64,000 nt of DNA from a virus (lineage: Duplodnaviria > Caudoviricetes), in the IMG/VR virus record IMGVR_UViG_3300044645_001738, positions 19,978 through 83,977 of that record; one strand, 5' to 3'. Position numbers and translations under genes: made by a program. This document shows positions 46,346 through 55,625 of this stretch, piece after piece (position 1 is the stretch's first letter; each line of letters begins with the position of its first letter). The notes under the pieces were generated by a model. It was not told the origin of the DNA. It did no database searches and was given only the letters and a program-made list of their open reading frames with translations.

Positions 46346-46807
46346 TTACCTCCAAGCCTCATGTAAATAAATACGGGAACCAACTGCGGTGTCGGCAGGT
46401 CCAGGTAATGCCTGGATGAATTCAGCGCCAGAGCGTTCGTAACGGTATCTGGCCTGGAACGGATCCTTGTAGTTTGGAACGTAAAGGATGCCGGCTAAAC
46501 GGTTTGTTTCGTAGAGATAAATCTCATCCCAAACCTTTAAGGCTTCTTTGGCATTACTGGATCTAATGGTGCGATCAACGTCACCAGCAATGCTTTCAAG
46601 GCGCGTAGAAGGAGAAGTAGCAACTTCAGTTTTCTTTTCAGCTGTGTCACAACGACCCAACTGAATAGCGAGTTTGTCGTAGAAGTACGAATCCGGCACG
46701 GTGTTCATTGCTTCTTCCAGGCGGGCGTAATCGCCAGCCGGAACAGAAACAGTAAAGTAACCGAGGTGGTAACGAACTCTACTTTTGTCGTAGTCGCTTA
46801 ACTGCAC
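46346..46807 (-). CDS. head-completion/adaptor-like protein
   Basis: LS..DKSRVRYHLGY helical N-terminus; downstream of the capsid genes. Confidence 0.5.
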   Translation of the reverse strand: MQLSDYDKSRVRYHLGYFTVSVPAGDYARLEEAMNTVPDSYFYDKLAIQLGRCDTAEKKTEVATSPSTRLESIAGDVDRTIRSSNAKEALKVWDEIYLYETNRLAGILYVPNYKDPFQARYRYERSGAEFIQALPGPADTAVGSRIYLHEAWR

Positions 46808-46846
46808 TTCTACGTGTCGTTGTCTTTCAATTATAAAAGCAAGTAA

Positions 46847-47584
46847 TCAACCAAACAGGCCATTGAGGTAATCTGATGTGGCGCTGGATTGACCCATAAG
46901 TAACGGATCGTTTGTTCTGTAAGAATCCAGGAATCCCATGGGGTTGAGTGCTTGTGAAATTAAACCTCCGACCAACTGTTCTTTGAGTGTGTCTTGTATT
47001 GTTTTCTTGGGTTTTTCTGGTTCTTTACCCTGCAACTGAGCACCGTACATAAATGCTTTAATGATGTCTTCAGCGCGAGAATCGGCGCCCCCTTGTGGTT
47101 GAGTCGGTGCTGCAGTTGGTGCAGTTGATGCAATAGCCCCGGATTTGCCAAGGGATTTCATGTGTCCGAAACCAAGTTCGTATTTGTTATCCCCTGTGGT
47201 AAATGCTGCCAGGTTGCCGTAACCACCTTGATTAGCAAGGGGTTTGTATGTACCAGAGCCTTCAAAATAAACTGGAGTTCCTTCTGGAAGAGCCCAATCT
47301 TCCCCCCGGTGAAACGAACTGGCCCCCTTGGTTGGGGCACTGCGCGGACCATACTTGGAAGTCAGGCTGATCCCAGCTTGTGGATTGAAATCATATTTGC
47401 CTTCTTTGTTTTTAATCAGTGCTGGGACTCTTTGCTCGCCAATGCGAACACCAGCCAAAGCAGAACGAATAGTAGAGGGATCAATATATTGTCCTGTCGA
47501 AAGATCTTTCACATAAACATGCTTATGGGGACCGGTTGATACTCCGGTAGAACCCACCTGTCCTAAGTATGTTATGCCTGCCAT
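46847..47584 (-). CDS. M23 peptidase, circularly permuted
   Basis: GSTGVSTGPHKH (HxH) at the N-terminus precedes TSKYGPR, HRGED (HxxxD), GGYGN and GHM. Confidence 0.8.
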   Translation of the reverse strand: MAGITYLGQVGSTGVSTGPHKHVYVKDLSTGQYIDPSTIRSALAGVRIGEQRVPALIKNKEGKYDFNPQAGISLTSKYGPRSAPTKGASSFHRGEDWALPEGTPVYFEGSGTYKPLANQGGYGNLAAFTTGDNKYELGFGHMKSLGKSGAIASTAPTAAPTQPQGGADSRAEDIIKAFMYGAQLQGKEPEKPKKTIQDTLKEQLVGGLISQALNPMGFLDSYRTNDPLLMGQSSATSDYLNGLFG

Positions 47585-47613
47585 GGTATCGTTTTATTCT
47601 TCATTGTAAGATT

Positions 47614-47640
47614 AAAAAACCCCTGGTTTCCCAGGGGCTT
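47614..47640 (-). terminator. intrinsic terminator after the capsid operon
   Basis: CCCCTGG-GAAA-CCAGGGG followed by TTTTTT on the - strand. Confidence 0.85.
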
Positions 47641-47651
47641 GGTGGAGATAG

Positions 47652-48062
47652 TTATACGCGAATTAAATCAGCAGCAAGTACGGACTCCCAATCAACACGC
47701 TTGATTTGCTTCAGCTGTTCAAGATTATTAAACCTTTCACCCGACAGAGACATCTGAAGATCTTTAATCTCACGTGCTGTTTTAAGGCCAATTCCCTTAA
47801 TGTGATCCGCAAGCATTTGTGCGGTAGCGGAATTGACATTTAAACGGTGATCGGGGGGAAAATCCCGTGGGTCCTCTTTGGCTGCTTTATCTTTGACTTG
47901 AAGAGTTTTTACCTTTTTGGTAGCCTCTTCATCTGGGATAAGTTCAGAGTTGTAAGCGGTGTAAAGGCGACCGTCCTGATCTTCGACCATGAACCAATCG
48001 CCATTATCAAACTCACTGACAACTTTGACGCGAGCGCCAGTTTTTTTGTGCTGGTAAAGCAT
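47652..48062 (-). CDS. helix-hairpin-helix (ComEA-like) DNA-binding protein
   Basis: LNVNSAT..L..IKGIG.KTA..I..F..LEQL. Confidence 0.8.
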   Translation of the reverse strand: MLYQHKKTGARVKVVSEFDNGDWFMVEDQDGRLYTAYNSELIPDEEATKKVKTLQVKDKAAKEDPRDFPPDHRLNVNSATAQMLADHIKGIGLKTAREIKDLQMSLSGERFNNLEQLKQIKRVDWESVLAADLIRV

Positions 48063-48100
48063 AAGGACCAGATGTTAATTCTGGTCCTAGTTTAGCTTAT

Positions 48101-48910
48101 TCAGCTGACAGTGCGGCCAAGCAGGTAAGCTTCGATGTCTTCGTAGCCAGGGGCAATGTCAGGCTGGACGTAGCAGGTTTCCACAACCAGGTAACCAATA
48201 CGACCGGCGGCGGCGTCACCGCTGGAGATGTAGAAACCACCGGAAGTTGTGGTGGAGTTTGCAGTTTCCTTAGCAAACACACGCATCGTGGTCGCGGCAG
48301 TAACCGGGTAGTTCACCACGGAACCAGAGACACCAGCGGCGCCAGTAGCGGTCAGGAAGGCGTTGGTACCATAACCGGCAGTGCCGCCAGCGAAGTAGAT
48401 TTCGCCAGCTTGGAGGCCGGAAACAGTGGAAGTTAGGTTGGCTTGAATCACGCCTTCACCCACGCCAGAAGCGGCGACAGGTGCACCACCGTTGCTGCGA
48501 CCGAACGAAATGACGTTACCGGTAGCGGCATACACACCAGAGGCAACACGACCGTCACCCCAACCAGAGGCAACCGAAATGGCGGTGCGGTACACGTAAG
48601 CAGGCAGTGTGCTGCTGCCAGAGATCACCATGCCCGTGATGTCGGGACGAGTGTCATCCTGACGATAGGGAGAAGGAACGATCACAGCAGCGGAGTTGAC
48701 GCTACCAGCACCAGAGGTGGTTGTCACTGCGACATAGCCACGCTGCTGGAAATAACGGTAACCAGGCAGAGCAAGGACCGAGGTGGGGCCACCAAGGGAG
48801 CTGTCGAGAGCAGTACCGCCTTCGACAACAGAGTCAATGTTCTTGTACCAGCCGTTCAGGGGTTCTGCCCAGTTGCCTGGGAAGATTTTTTTAGCGGACA
48901 AATAGGTCAT
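48101..48910 (-). CDS. capsid decoration/minor capsid protein
   Basis: Immediately after the MCP; Gly/Ala/Ser-rich; similar codon bias. Confidence 0.55.
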   Translation of the reverse strand: MTYLSAKKIFPGNWAEPLNGWYKNIDSVVEGGTALDSSLGGPTSVLALPGYRYFQQRGYVAVTTTSGAGSVNSAAVIVPSPYRQDDTRPDITGMVISGSSTLPAYVYRTAISVASGWGDGRVASGVYAATGNVISFGRSNGGAPVAASGVGEGVIQANLTSTVSGLQAGEIYFAGGTAGYGTNAFLTATGAAGVSGSVVNYPVTAATTMRVFAKETANSTTTSGGFYISSGDAAAGRIGYLVVETCYVQPDIAPGYEDIEAYLLGRTVS

Positions 48911-48945
48911 TTATTTTTCCTTTTGTTAGTTGTTTACGTTATTGA

Positions 48946-50109
48946 TCAGATGTTACCGTCATCTTGCACGAAGCTGAACGCGGTGGTCACAAAGTCCTTG
49001 TTCAGGATTTCAAAACCGGCGTACAGTTGCCAAATAAGAATGATGAAACGGCTGAAATCGTCGTTGTTGTTGATGAGCACCTGGGCGTTCGGGCCACCGA
49101 TACCAACGCCAATCGCTTGAGGACCGAAGAAGTAACCTTGAGCGGCTTCTTTCACGTTATAGGTAGAACCACCGTCAAAGGAAGTGCTGATGCTCTTGAT
49201 CGGGAAGTTGGTGGATTCGAAGAACTTAACGCCTTCAAACTGCACACCAGTAGGCATAACAGGTTCGCCAGCCAGGAAGTAGGCTTGACCGGCCTGGGGG
49301 CCTTGGTAGAAGCTGGCGTTGTTAGGCAGCATGGGGTTGCCCATGTACATGCCTTGACCAGGATTACCAGCGTAACGGGCGATCTCACGGAAGTCAGGGT
49401 CACGACGCAGGTGCATCATGAACGTGGGATCGCAAATACAACGATACAGACCATCGGCATAGGTCGGAACGTTGCGCTTGCGCAGGTCCTTAACAACGGT
49501 CAGCAGGTCAGTACGCACCTGGAACTGCTGCAGGTCAGCGGTGTATTCAGTACCAGTGTAGGAAATACGACCGGAAGAATCCTTAACCTTGTTACCAGCG
49601 AAGTAGTAACCGCCTTGAGTTGTAGAGGCTGCACCGTTGGCTTCAGCTTTGGACAGTTCATCAATGAACACGCGGTCACGCCACCGGCGATAGTCGTCAA
49701 GCAGCGTCAGGCTACCGATCGACTGGTGGAACATATTCAGGTTGCCGGTATCCAGCAGCATGCGCTGAGCGGTAACCAGAGTTTCGCGAGCAATCTTGAA
49801 TGTGCTAGGCTGAGTCGGGTCGCCCGGATCCGCAGGACCCGTGTACTCCTTAAGCACCACCAGAACTTTCTCTTTGGTGATGTTACGGCTGTTAGCGGTA
49901 CCGATCGTTTGGTCAGCAATACGCTCACGGCTGTCCTTAGTACCAGGGGTACCCCAGAACTTGTAGCGGTCCAACTGAACGGTTTGACCAGGCTGACGTG
50001 TGAAGTCGTGGACAACCACGGGCTCCACAGCCATCTCAGCGATGTACGCAGGGTGGGGACGATAAAGTTCCGCACCTAAAATCTTTGGAAAGTCGTTATC
50101 AATAAACAC
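48946..50109 (-). CDS. major capsid protein
   Basis: 387 aa; GGAGG SD plus GTG start; follows portal and scaffold; PGQTV, G..EGVKFFESTN, D+ R..W GFEIL HK97-fold-like motifs. Confidence 0.85.
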   Translation of the reverse strand: MFIDNDFPKILGAELYRPHPAYIAEMAVEPVVVHDFTRQPGQTVQLDRYKFWGTPGTKDSRERIADQTIGTANSRNITKEKVLVVLKEYTGPADPGDPTQPSTFKIARETLVTAQRMLLDTGNLNMFHQSIGSLTLLDDYRRWRDRVFIDELSKAEANGAASTTQGGYYFAGNKVKDSSGRISYTGTEYTADLQQFQVRTDLLTVVKDLRKRNVPTYADGLYRCICDPTFMMHLRRDPDFREIARYAGNPGQGMYMGNPMLPNNASFYQGPQAGQAYFLAGEPVMPTGVQFEGVKFFESTNFPIKSISTSFDGGSTYNVKEAAQGYFFGPQAIGVGIGGPNAQVLINNNDDFSRFIILIWQLYAGFEILNKDFVTTAFSFVQDDGNI

Positions 50110-50228
50110 TTTGTTTTATCCTCCAGTGTCGCAGGAAGTGTGTTGTCAGGTGAAAGATTCAGACATGATTATGTCTTATCTAACACAAATTTTAGCAGCC
50201 GATAATTTATTTAATTACCGGCATTAAA

Positions 50229-51215
50229 TCATTCCATTACAAACAGTTTGTTTGCAACGGTTTGAGGCTGAGCTTGGTTCAGGACGCGCCAGGCATTCTG
50301 AGGATCGCGATTCATCATCTCGCCAAAAGTGCCCCAGAAATTCTCAGGTGCTTGCGGAGCAGCAGCTGTCGGGGGAGCAGGGAAGTTGCCAGCTTGGAAC
50401 TGACCAATCGACTGGGTCGGATAACCGCGTGTCTCAAGTTCCTGCTCGTTTTCGTACACAGGGTACGGACCTTCAGGACCAAAGAACTTAAGCGTGTAAT
50501 CGCTCAGAACATCGGGATTGGTAAGGATCTCGTTGTAGGCAAGATTCTCTTGATGCTCGTTAACAGCGAAATTAGCGTAACCCTTGATGGTATCAGCGGC
50601 GCGGTTTCCCCACGCGACGGCGCTGTCCAGCATTTGCTCCAGGTTTAGAGCGTAGTTGTTCAGCACTGCCGGAGCTTCGATCCCGAACGCGTCCATCACG
50701 TACCGACTGTCCTGGCTCATTCCCAGGAGGTCCGCCATTTGGCTTGCCGCCTCCTGCAAGGATTGATTGGAGGAGGTTGGGGAATAGCTGGGCGAGTATG
50801 CCTGGTTGGGAGACCAAGTCTGCGGAGCCGATTGTTGCGTAGCTTGGCTGCTGTACTGTCCGTAATTGGCCGGGGTATACGCCGTCGTCGGCTGCGAGGG
50901 TTGACCCTGGAACGGGGATTGGACTGGTGCGCTCAGCAGATTCACCACCTTGTTGAACGCCGATTCCCAGGGATTCCCCGCCGAGTCCGCCGCCGGTTGG
51001 GATTGGGGGGCGTACTGAGTAGGGCTGGATTGGTAGCTGGGGGCTGCCTGAGGTACCGCTTGGGGGTAACTGGTACCCACCTGATACGCCACCGGAGCCG
51101 GAGCCTGGTAGCTGGCCGGAGCTGCTTGCGGTGCTGCCACCACGTAGCTGCTCGGCGCGACGGCCACTGGTGCTTGGCTCGTCTGTGGGATCGATTGGAC
51201 GGTAGCGTCCTGCAT
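50229..51215 (-). CDS. capsid scaffolding protein
   Basis: Pro/Gln/Ala-rich, between portal and MCP; AAGGAG SD. Confidence 0.7.
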   Translation of the reverse strand: MQDATVQSIPQTSQAPVAVAPSSYVVAAPQAAPASYQAPAPVAYQVGTSYPQAVPQAAPSYQSSPTQYAPQSQPAADSAGNPWESAFNKVVNLLSAPVQSPFQGQPSQPTTAYTPANYGQYSSQATQQSAPQTWSPNQAYSPSYSPTSSNQSLQEAASQMADLLGMSQDSRYVMDAFGIEAPAVLNNYALNLEQMLDSAVAWGNRAADTIKGYANFAVNEHQENLAYNEILTNPDVLSDYTLKFFGPEGPYPVYENEQELETRGYPTQSIGQFQAGNFPAPPTAAAPQAPENFWGTFGEMMNRDPQNAWRVLNQAQPQTVANKLFVME

Positions 51216-52965
51216 AACTCATCTCCTTTTGTAAAGCTTCTAAAGTGCGATATAGATAGGGTGTTAAATCTAATCGCGGGTCCGCAGCCATCGGTAAATC
51301 CGGTGATTGCGGATGGGGAGTTTGCATCATTCCCCCCACAAGGCGAGCAAATTGAGAGTATGCACCCTGCAATTCATTCACCATTCTGAACGGAAACCCA
51401 GATAACATCTCGGCCCGTTCCTCATCCGTCTTGGACGGGAAGAGGTATTTCAGTGCCTCAATGCTATCAACACCTAACTCCTGTAAGTTGCGTACCACGA
51501 TGGAGTTGTTCAGGATGTCTTGAGTGGAATCCTCATAAACAGGTCCAAGCCAACGCCACTGCATGGTCACATCGCCATCTGGAATCAAACCAGAAACACC
51601 GGGCGGAATCTGCTGCGTTTGAAGGCAAGCCATCATCAACTGCTTGACCTGATCATCAAATGCACTCATGGCATCGTTGTACGCTGCCAAGTCTTCCGCA
51701 CTAGATTCCTCTGGGAGATCCAGGGGTTTTTCTAATCCTGCAGCAGCGGCCAGCGTCTCCCTGAACAGACGTTCTTCCTGGTAGATGATCAGTTCAAAAC
51801 AACGGCAAATACCGTAAGTGTAAATAGCGATTGCCTTTTTCTTGGACGTGGCAGAAACACGACCAAACAGTGACTTGTACTCAGTTGCAGTCACGCCTGC
51901 AGAAATTGACAGTTCGTCAACGCCACCCAGGGCAGTGCGAATCTCTTCTCGGTACTGACGTGCGAAAGAATTCTGGTCGCCAGTGATGGCATCAGGAACA
52001 ATGTAACCAACACGGTCGTTTGGTTCCAGGTTTGCAATGACGCGTGGAACTCTGATCTGTCCGTCAATACCACGGTGAATGGGATCAGCCTTGAATCGGG
52101 ATTGACTCAGTCCACTGGGACCACTGAACCCAGAGTTAGCTGCGATAGAAGGACGCTGGACAACGTTCTCGCCACCGGCCTCCATAAGGTCAGTCTTGGG
52201 CCTGGAGGAAAGAAGCGTGGGGTTACCAAAGAACTGCACGTTCTTACGCATGGTACGAACCATTTCATCATGCGTACAGATGTGATTGGCTAACGCTTCA
52301 AATTCACCAACACCTTCAGTAGAGAAACCCTTGACGTTGTGGAAAATTTCTACGCAAGGAATAAAGCCCAGCGTATTTTTGAACGTTTTTGTCCTACCGA
52401 AATTTGCTTGGTAGTTGCTATCAAACGACAGCTCGCCTTCCGAGTGCGTTTCTTCAATCGTTTTGCGTTTGATGGAAAGGCGGATGTAACGCTTTGCACC
52501 GCCCCGCCCCATGGTGGCCGGACCACTTAAACTTGCGGAATCAATGTCCTGCTGGTAACCAAACCCGTTCTTGACCTTGTAGCTGTAAATAATTACAACT
52601 TCATCAAGCTCGCCATCAATGTTGTAATAGCTACGATATTCGTGCTTACGAAAGTAGTAAAGACGATAGTTGTTCTGAGTTGGACGGATGTAAAGAAGAC
52701 CTTGCCCATCACAAAGTGAATAATCCCAGATTGAATCGAAGCGGATGTCGAGAGAGTTGTATTTGATTACACGGTCAATAAAGTCTTTGCGCTGATTACC
52801 AAAGTTATCTTGCACAGGAAAAAACTCGACACCCTGGCGGATGCCGAATAATTTCATCTGCGCCAGGTGTGAAGCTACGACGCCAGTGTCAATCATTGAC
52901 CCGCCGTCTTTTTCAAGATACGAGTCAATAATTTCCTTGAGTCTAGACTTAGCGTCGACGGCCAT
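50593..52965 (-). CDS. portal protein with long C-terminal extension
   Basis: Between terminase and scaffold/MCP; NTLGFIPCVEI, FFGNP motifs. Confidence 0.8.
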   Translation of the reverse strand: MAVDAKSRLKEIIDSYLEKDGGSMIDTGVVASHLAQMKLFGIRQGVEFFPVQDNFGNQRKDFIDRVIKYNSLDIRFDSIWDYSLCDGQGLLYIRPTQNNYRLYYFRKHEYRSYYNIDGELDEVVIIYSYKVKNGFGYQQDIDSASLSGPATMGRGGAKRYIRLSIKRKTIEETHSEGELSFDSNYQANFGRTKTFKNTLGFIPCVEIFHNVKGFSTEGVGEFEALANHICTHDEMVRTMRKNVQFFGNPTLLSSRPKTDLMEAGGENVVQRPSIAANSGFSGPSGLSQSRFKADPIHRGIDGQIRVPRVIANLEPNDRVGYIVPDAITGDQNSFARQYREEIRTALGGVDELSISAGVTATEYKSLFGRVSATSKKKAIAIYTYGICRCFELIIYQEERLFRETLAAAAGLEKPLDLPEESSAEDLAAYNDAMSAFDDQVKQLMMACLQTQQIPPGVSGLIPDGDVTMQWRWLGPVYEDSTQDILNNSIVVRNLQELGVDSIEALKYLFPSKTDEERAEMLSGFPFRMVNELQGAYSQFARLVGGMMQTPHPQSPDLPMAADPRLDLTPYLYRTLEALQKEMSYAGRYRPIDPTDEPSTSGRRAEQLRGGSTASSSGQLPGSGSGGVSGGYQLPPSGTSGSPQLPIQPYSVRPPIPTGGGLGGESLGIGVQQGGESAERTSPIPVPGSTLAADDGVYPGQLRTVQQPSYATIGSADLVSQPGILAQLFPNLLQSILAGGGKPNGGPPGNEPGQSVRDGRVRDRSSGSAEQLRSKPGANAGQRRRVGKPRR

Positions 52966-53111
52966 TAACTATTTTCCTTTTTCTTTGACTCAATCTTAGC
53001 AGCTTTTGCCTGCTTCTTAAGGTCTAACCATTTGCCAAAATACACCAGTTCGGCAGAGGAATAAAGCTCTGGATGATGCAGCGCTTGCTTTACAAGTTTT
53101 TTAGTTTTCAT
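52965..53111 (-). CDS. 48-aa basic conserved phage protein (not in ORF track)
   Basis: MKTKKLVKQALHHPELYSSAELVYF..; TAATG coupling to the portal. Confidence 0.7.
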   Translation of the reverse strand: MKTKKLVKQALHHPELYSSAELVYFGKWLDLKKQAKAAKIESKKKENS

Positions 53112-53120
53112 AGCGTTTCC

Positions 53121-53339
53121 TCACGAAACAAACTTGGATTGGAACCCGGCTGGCAACTGCTCAGCGTCAGCCACTCCCTGAAGATTGCCAACAGCACCGG
53201 GTAAATTGCTGGAACCAAACGCCGAAGGGAATTTTTTAAATTTTGCGCCGGGGGGAGTGTCGAAACTTGGGTTAACAGCAAGTAGGCCACCCTGGTTACC
53301 AGGGGCTCCAGGGACGTTAGATTCTCCGCCGTAATACAT
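53121..53339 (-). CDS. hypothetical protein
   Basis: TAGAATAAG upstream; internal SN(V/L)PGA.GN duplication. Confidence 0.6.
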   Translation of the reverse strand: MYYGGESNVPGAPGNQGGLLAVNPSFDTPPGAKFKKFPSAFGSSNLPGAVGNLQGVADAEQLPAGFQSKFVS

Positions 53340-53363
53340 GTGCTTATCTTGTTTTCCCTTATT

Positions 53364-53546
53364 CTAGTCCTCTAAAACTTCGTAACCAGACGCGTCATTT
53401 ACCTTAGAAATTACGATACCTTCGCCGCGTACATCCCAATTCAAGACATCGCCTTCTTGCCAACCCAACTCTTCGATTACTTCATCAGGCAAAACAATAT
53501 ATTGATCTCCGTTTTCGTCCTCTTGTACTTCAAGGATGTAACTCAT
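53364..53546 (-). CDS. AbrB/MazE/SpoVT-family DNA-binding protein
   Basis: IVLPDEVIEELGWQEGDVL.W. Confidence 0.8.
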   Translation of the reverse strand: MSYILEVQEDENGDQYIVLPDEVIEELGWQEGDVLNWDVRGEGIVISKVNDASGYEVLED

Positions 53547-53815
53547 TTGGTCAAAAGCTTTTCCATCAGTTTATCAAGCTTATTATTGATCTCGCGAAAA
53601 TTGTTGTGCATTTCTTGAATTTCCCTTAAGAAGTCCACCTTGAGCACGTAGTCTAGTGGCATGCGGTTGACTTGGTCTTCCAAGAGATCCACTCTTCGGT
53701 TTTGTGAATTAAGTCTTTCGCCCAGGCGGCTCATAAGCTTACTCATTGCCCAGGAGCCACCTGTCGCAGCTGAGATCACTGCCGTAAGAGCAATAGCTAA
53801 ATACTCTGGTCCCAC
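53543..53815 (-). CDS. N-terminal TM plus coiled-coil protein
   Basis: Hydrophobic N-terminus; P..YV.K.DF..KLDKL. Confidence 0.7.
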   Translation of the reverse strand: MGPEYLAIALTAVISAATGGSWAMSKLMSRLGERLNSQNRRVDLLEDQVNRMPLDYVLKVDFLREIQEMHNNFREINNKLDKLMEKLLTK

Positions 53816-53844
53816 GAATCCAAGGTTTTTTAATATTCTAAGAG

Positions 53845-55374
53845 TCAGTAATCAAGGTGAAGCTGTCCTTTTCTTGCTAATCCAGTAACAAGCCAGACGA
53901 GAGCGTCAACACAATCGTCGTGACTACTTACGCCAAAGTTGGTAAGCTCTTCAAACATATTGGTGAAATTACGAAAACGATTGAAGATGATCTTGCGGTC
54001 CTCAAACATACCCATAATGCCACGGAAGCGAGCCAACTTATCTGCCCTGAAACCTTTGACGGGATGCCAAATCAAATTGTAAAGACCTTCATTGTTCAAG
54101 CAAACACGTTTGAAGTCTGCCTCCAGGGATGCCTGGTACTGTACGGCCTCACTCCAAATGTCGCACGTTGAATAGCTGGGGTAATACAAACCGCTTTGTT
54201 CGTCTTTGGCAATCACTGACCAATCATTCAACAACTCCTTGAGGGCATCAAGTTTTTCAAGGTTACCCATGACGCGAATACGTCGGTAATCAATGATATG
54301 AATGCGGTCGCCAATGCGACCACCAAGAATCATAACCGTGTAATCGTTTTTCTCTTTAGTGCCAGCGGAGAGGTCAACCCCAACTCCAAGGGCGTCAAAC
54401 TCCGTTGCAATTTCCGCTTTTACAATCAACTCCGGAGCCAACGAAAGTTCGTTCTGCCGGATGACTTGATTCATGTACTGGAACGAGAAAGCAATTGGTG
54501 CCTGCCGTTTTTTCTCCTTCAGGTAATCCAATGACCACATGTCCGGCCAATACGATTCCTCTTCGCCAGTGATGGGATTGTTTTGAATTGCTGAAAGGAT
54601 AATCTGTTGCCAGTTGTTTTGTTCGTTGAATGTTGTGGAGTGAATGTCATCGTGTCTGAAGCGAGTACCAAGACAGATTGCTCGTGCACCTTCAAACATG
54701 GTGGGTGCAATCACAGCATTCCAGTTGTCCTGCATCTGTTTCCTGATGTCAGGGTTGGCAATATCTGCGGCTGACTTAATGGCGTCATCAATCATGACCA
54801 AGTGCGAACGCTTGGAAGTCACCGAACCCTTGAGGCCTGCTGCGCAAAGCGTAAACTGTTCGTCACCTGTTACGTCAATGCCAGCAAACTTGTGATCAAT
54901 TGACCAGTACTCATTACTGGTGGCGTTCTTCAGAAGGCGAACTTTAGGGAAAACCTCTTGGTATCGTTTGCTTTCAATGATGCGTTTGATGGTGGAAGAT
55001 TTGGAACGAGCAATGTCAACCGTATAGGACAGATACAGAATCTGCAGTGGCAGCCCTGCGTGCGTGTGGATGCCAATGGCCCACGCCGTAAGCAGACCCA
55101 ACACTGTGGACTTGGCAGAACCCCTGGGCGCCAGGAGATCCACATTGGGACCAGCGATCTTAATGAGGCAACTGCTATCCTCCTCTGTGACGAAGTGTCG
55201 ATGCCAGTTGAGGTGATGAGCAGCCGGTGGTTTATCTGCTACGTATTCACAGAAGAAGCCAAAATCTTCCTGGGCTTTCTTCAGTGCTTCTGCGTTACGT
55301 GGCTTGCGTATTTGCTGTCTGCGTGCGGCGGCTTGAGCATTGCGGCGGTAAGCAAGATGCGTATAGCTTGGCAC
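53845..55374 (-). CDS. terL: terminase large subunit
   Basis: Walker A APRGSAKST, Walker B VMIDD, GTRF..DD, GVDLS, HDDCVDA. Confidence 0.95.
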   Translation of the reverse strand: MPSYTHLAYRRNAQAAARRQQIRKPRNAEALKKAQEDFGFFCEYVADKPPAAHHLNWHRHFVTEEDSSCLIKIAGPNVDLLAPRGSAKSTVLGLLTAWAIGIHTHAGLPLQILYLSYTVDIARSKSSTIKRIIESKRYQEVFPKVRLLKNATSNEYWSIDHKFAGIDVTGDEQFTLCAAGLKGSVTSKRSHLVMIDDAIKSAADIANPDIRKQMQDNWNAVIAPTMFEGARAICLGTRFRHDDIHSTTFNEQNNWQQIILSAIQNNPITGEEESYWPDMWSLDYLKEKKRQAPIAFSFQYMNQVIRQNELSLAPELIVKAEIATEFDALGVGVDLSAGTKEKNDYTVMILGGRIGDRIHIIDYRRIRVMGNLEKLDALKELLNDWSVIAKDEQSGLYYPSYSTCDIWSEAVQYQASLEADFKRVCLNNEGLYNLIWHPVKGFRADKLARFRGIMGMFEDRKIIFNRFRNFTNMFEELTNFGVSSHDDCVDALVWLVTGLARKGQLHLDY

Positions 55375-55406
55375 AGCAGTAATTCAGAGTATCACTGAAT
55401 ACTACC

Positions 55407-55571
55407 TTACTTTTTGTCTTCTTGTTTTTTGGCCTTTTGCTTTTGATACTTACGTGCTTTTTCTAAAGCGGCCTTACGCTTTTCCTTGTCCGACATCTCA
55501 GTGCCGTCTTCTTTCTTCGCATCTTTTTTCTTAAGGTGCGCAAGAAACTGCGGAGGAACTTTACCAGCCAT
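55407..55571 (-). CDS. 54-aa Lys-rich protein (not in ORF track)
   Basis: MAGKVPPQFLAHLKKKDAKKEDG..KKQEDKK*. Confidence 0.7.
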   Translation of the reverse strand: MAGKVPPQFLAHLKKKDAKKEDGTEMSDKEKRKAALEKARKYQKQKAKKQEDKK

Positions 55572-55625
55572 TTAAATCAGTTATCTGTTAACAATGTTGT
55601 ATTGCACCTCAATATTTTAAGGCAG

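Noticed and set aside
48964-50079. 371-aa antisense ORF over the major capsid gene
   Set aside because: In-register shadow of a strongly codon-biased gene; no recognisable motifs or expression signals.
53364-53546. AbrB/MazE protein as antitoxin for the HicA
   Set aside because: About 50 kb away, not the HicB family, and stand-alone AbrB-like genes are common in phages.
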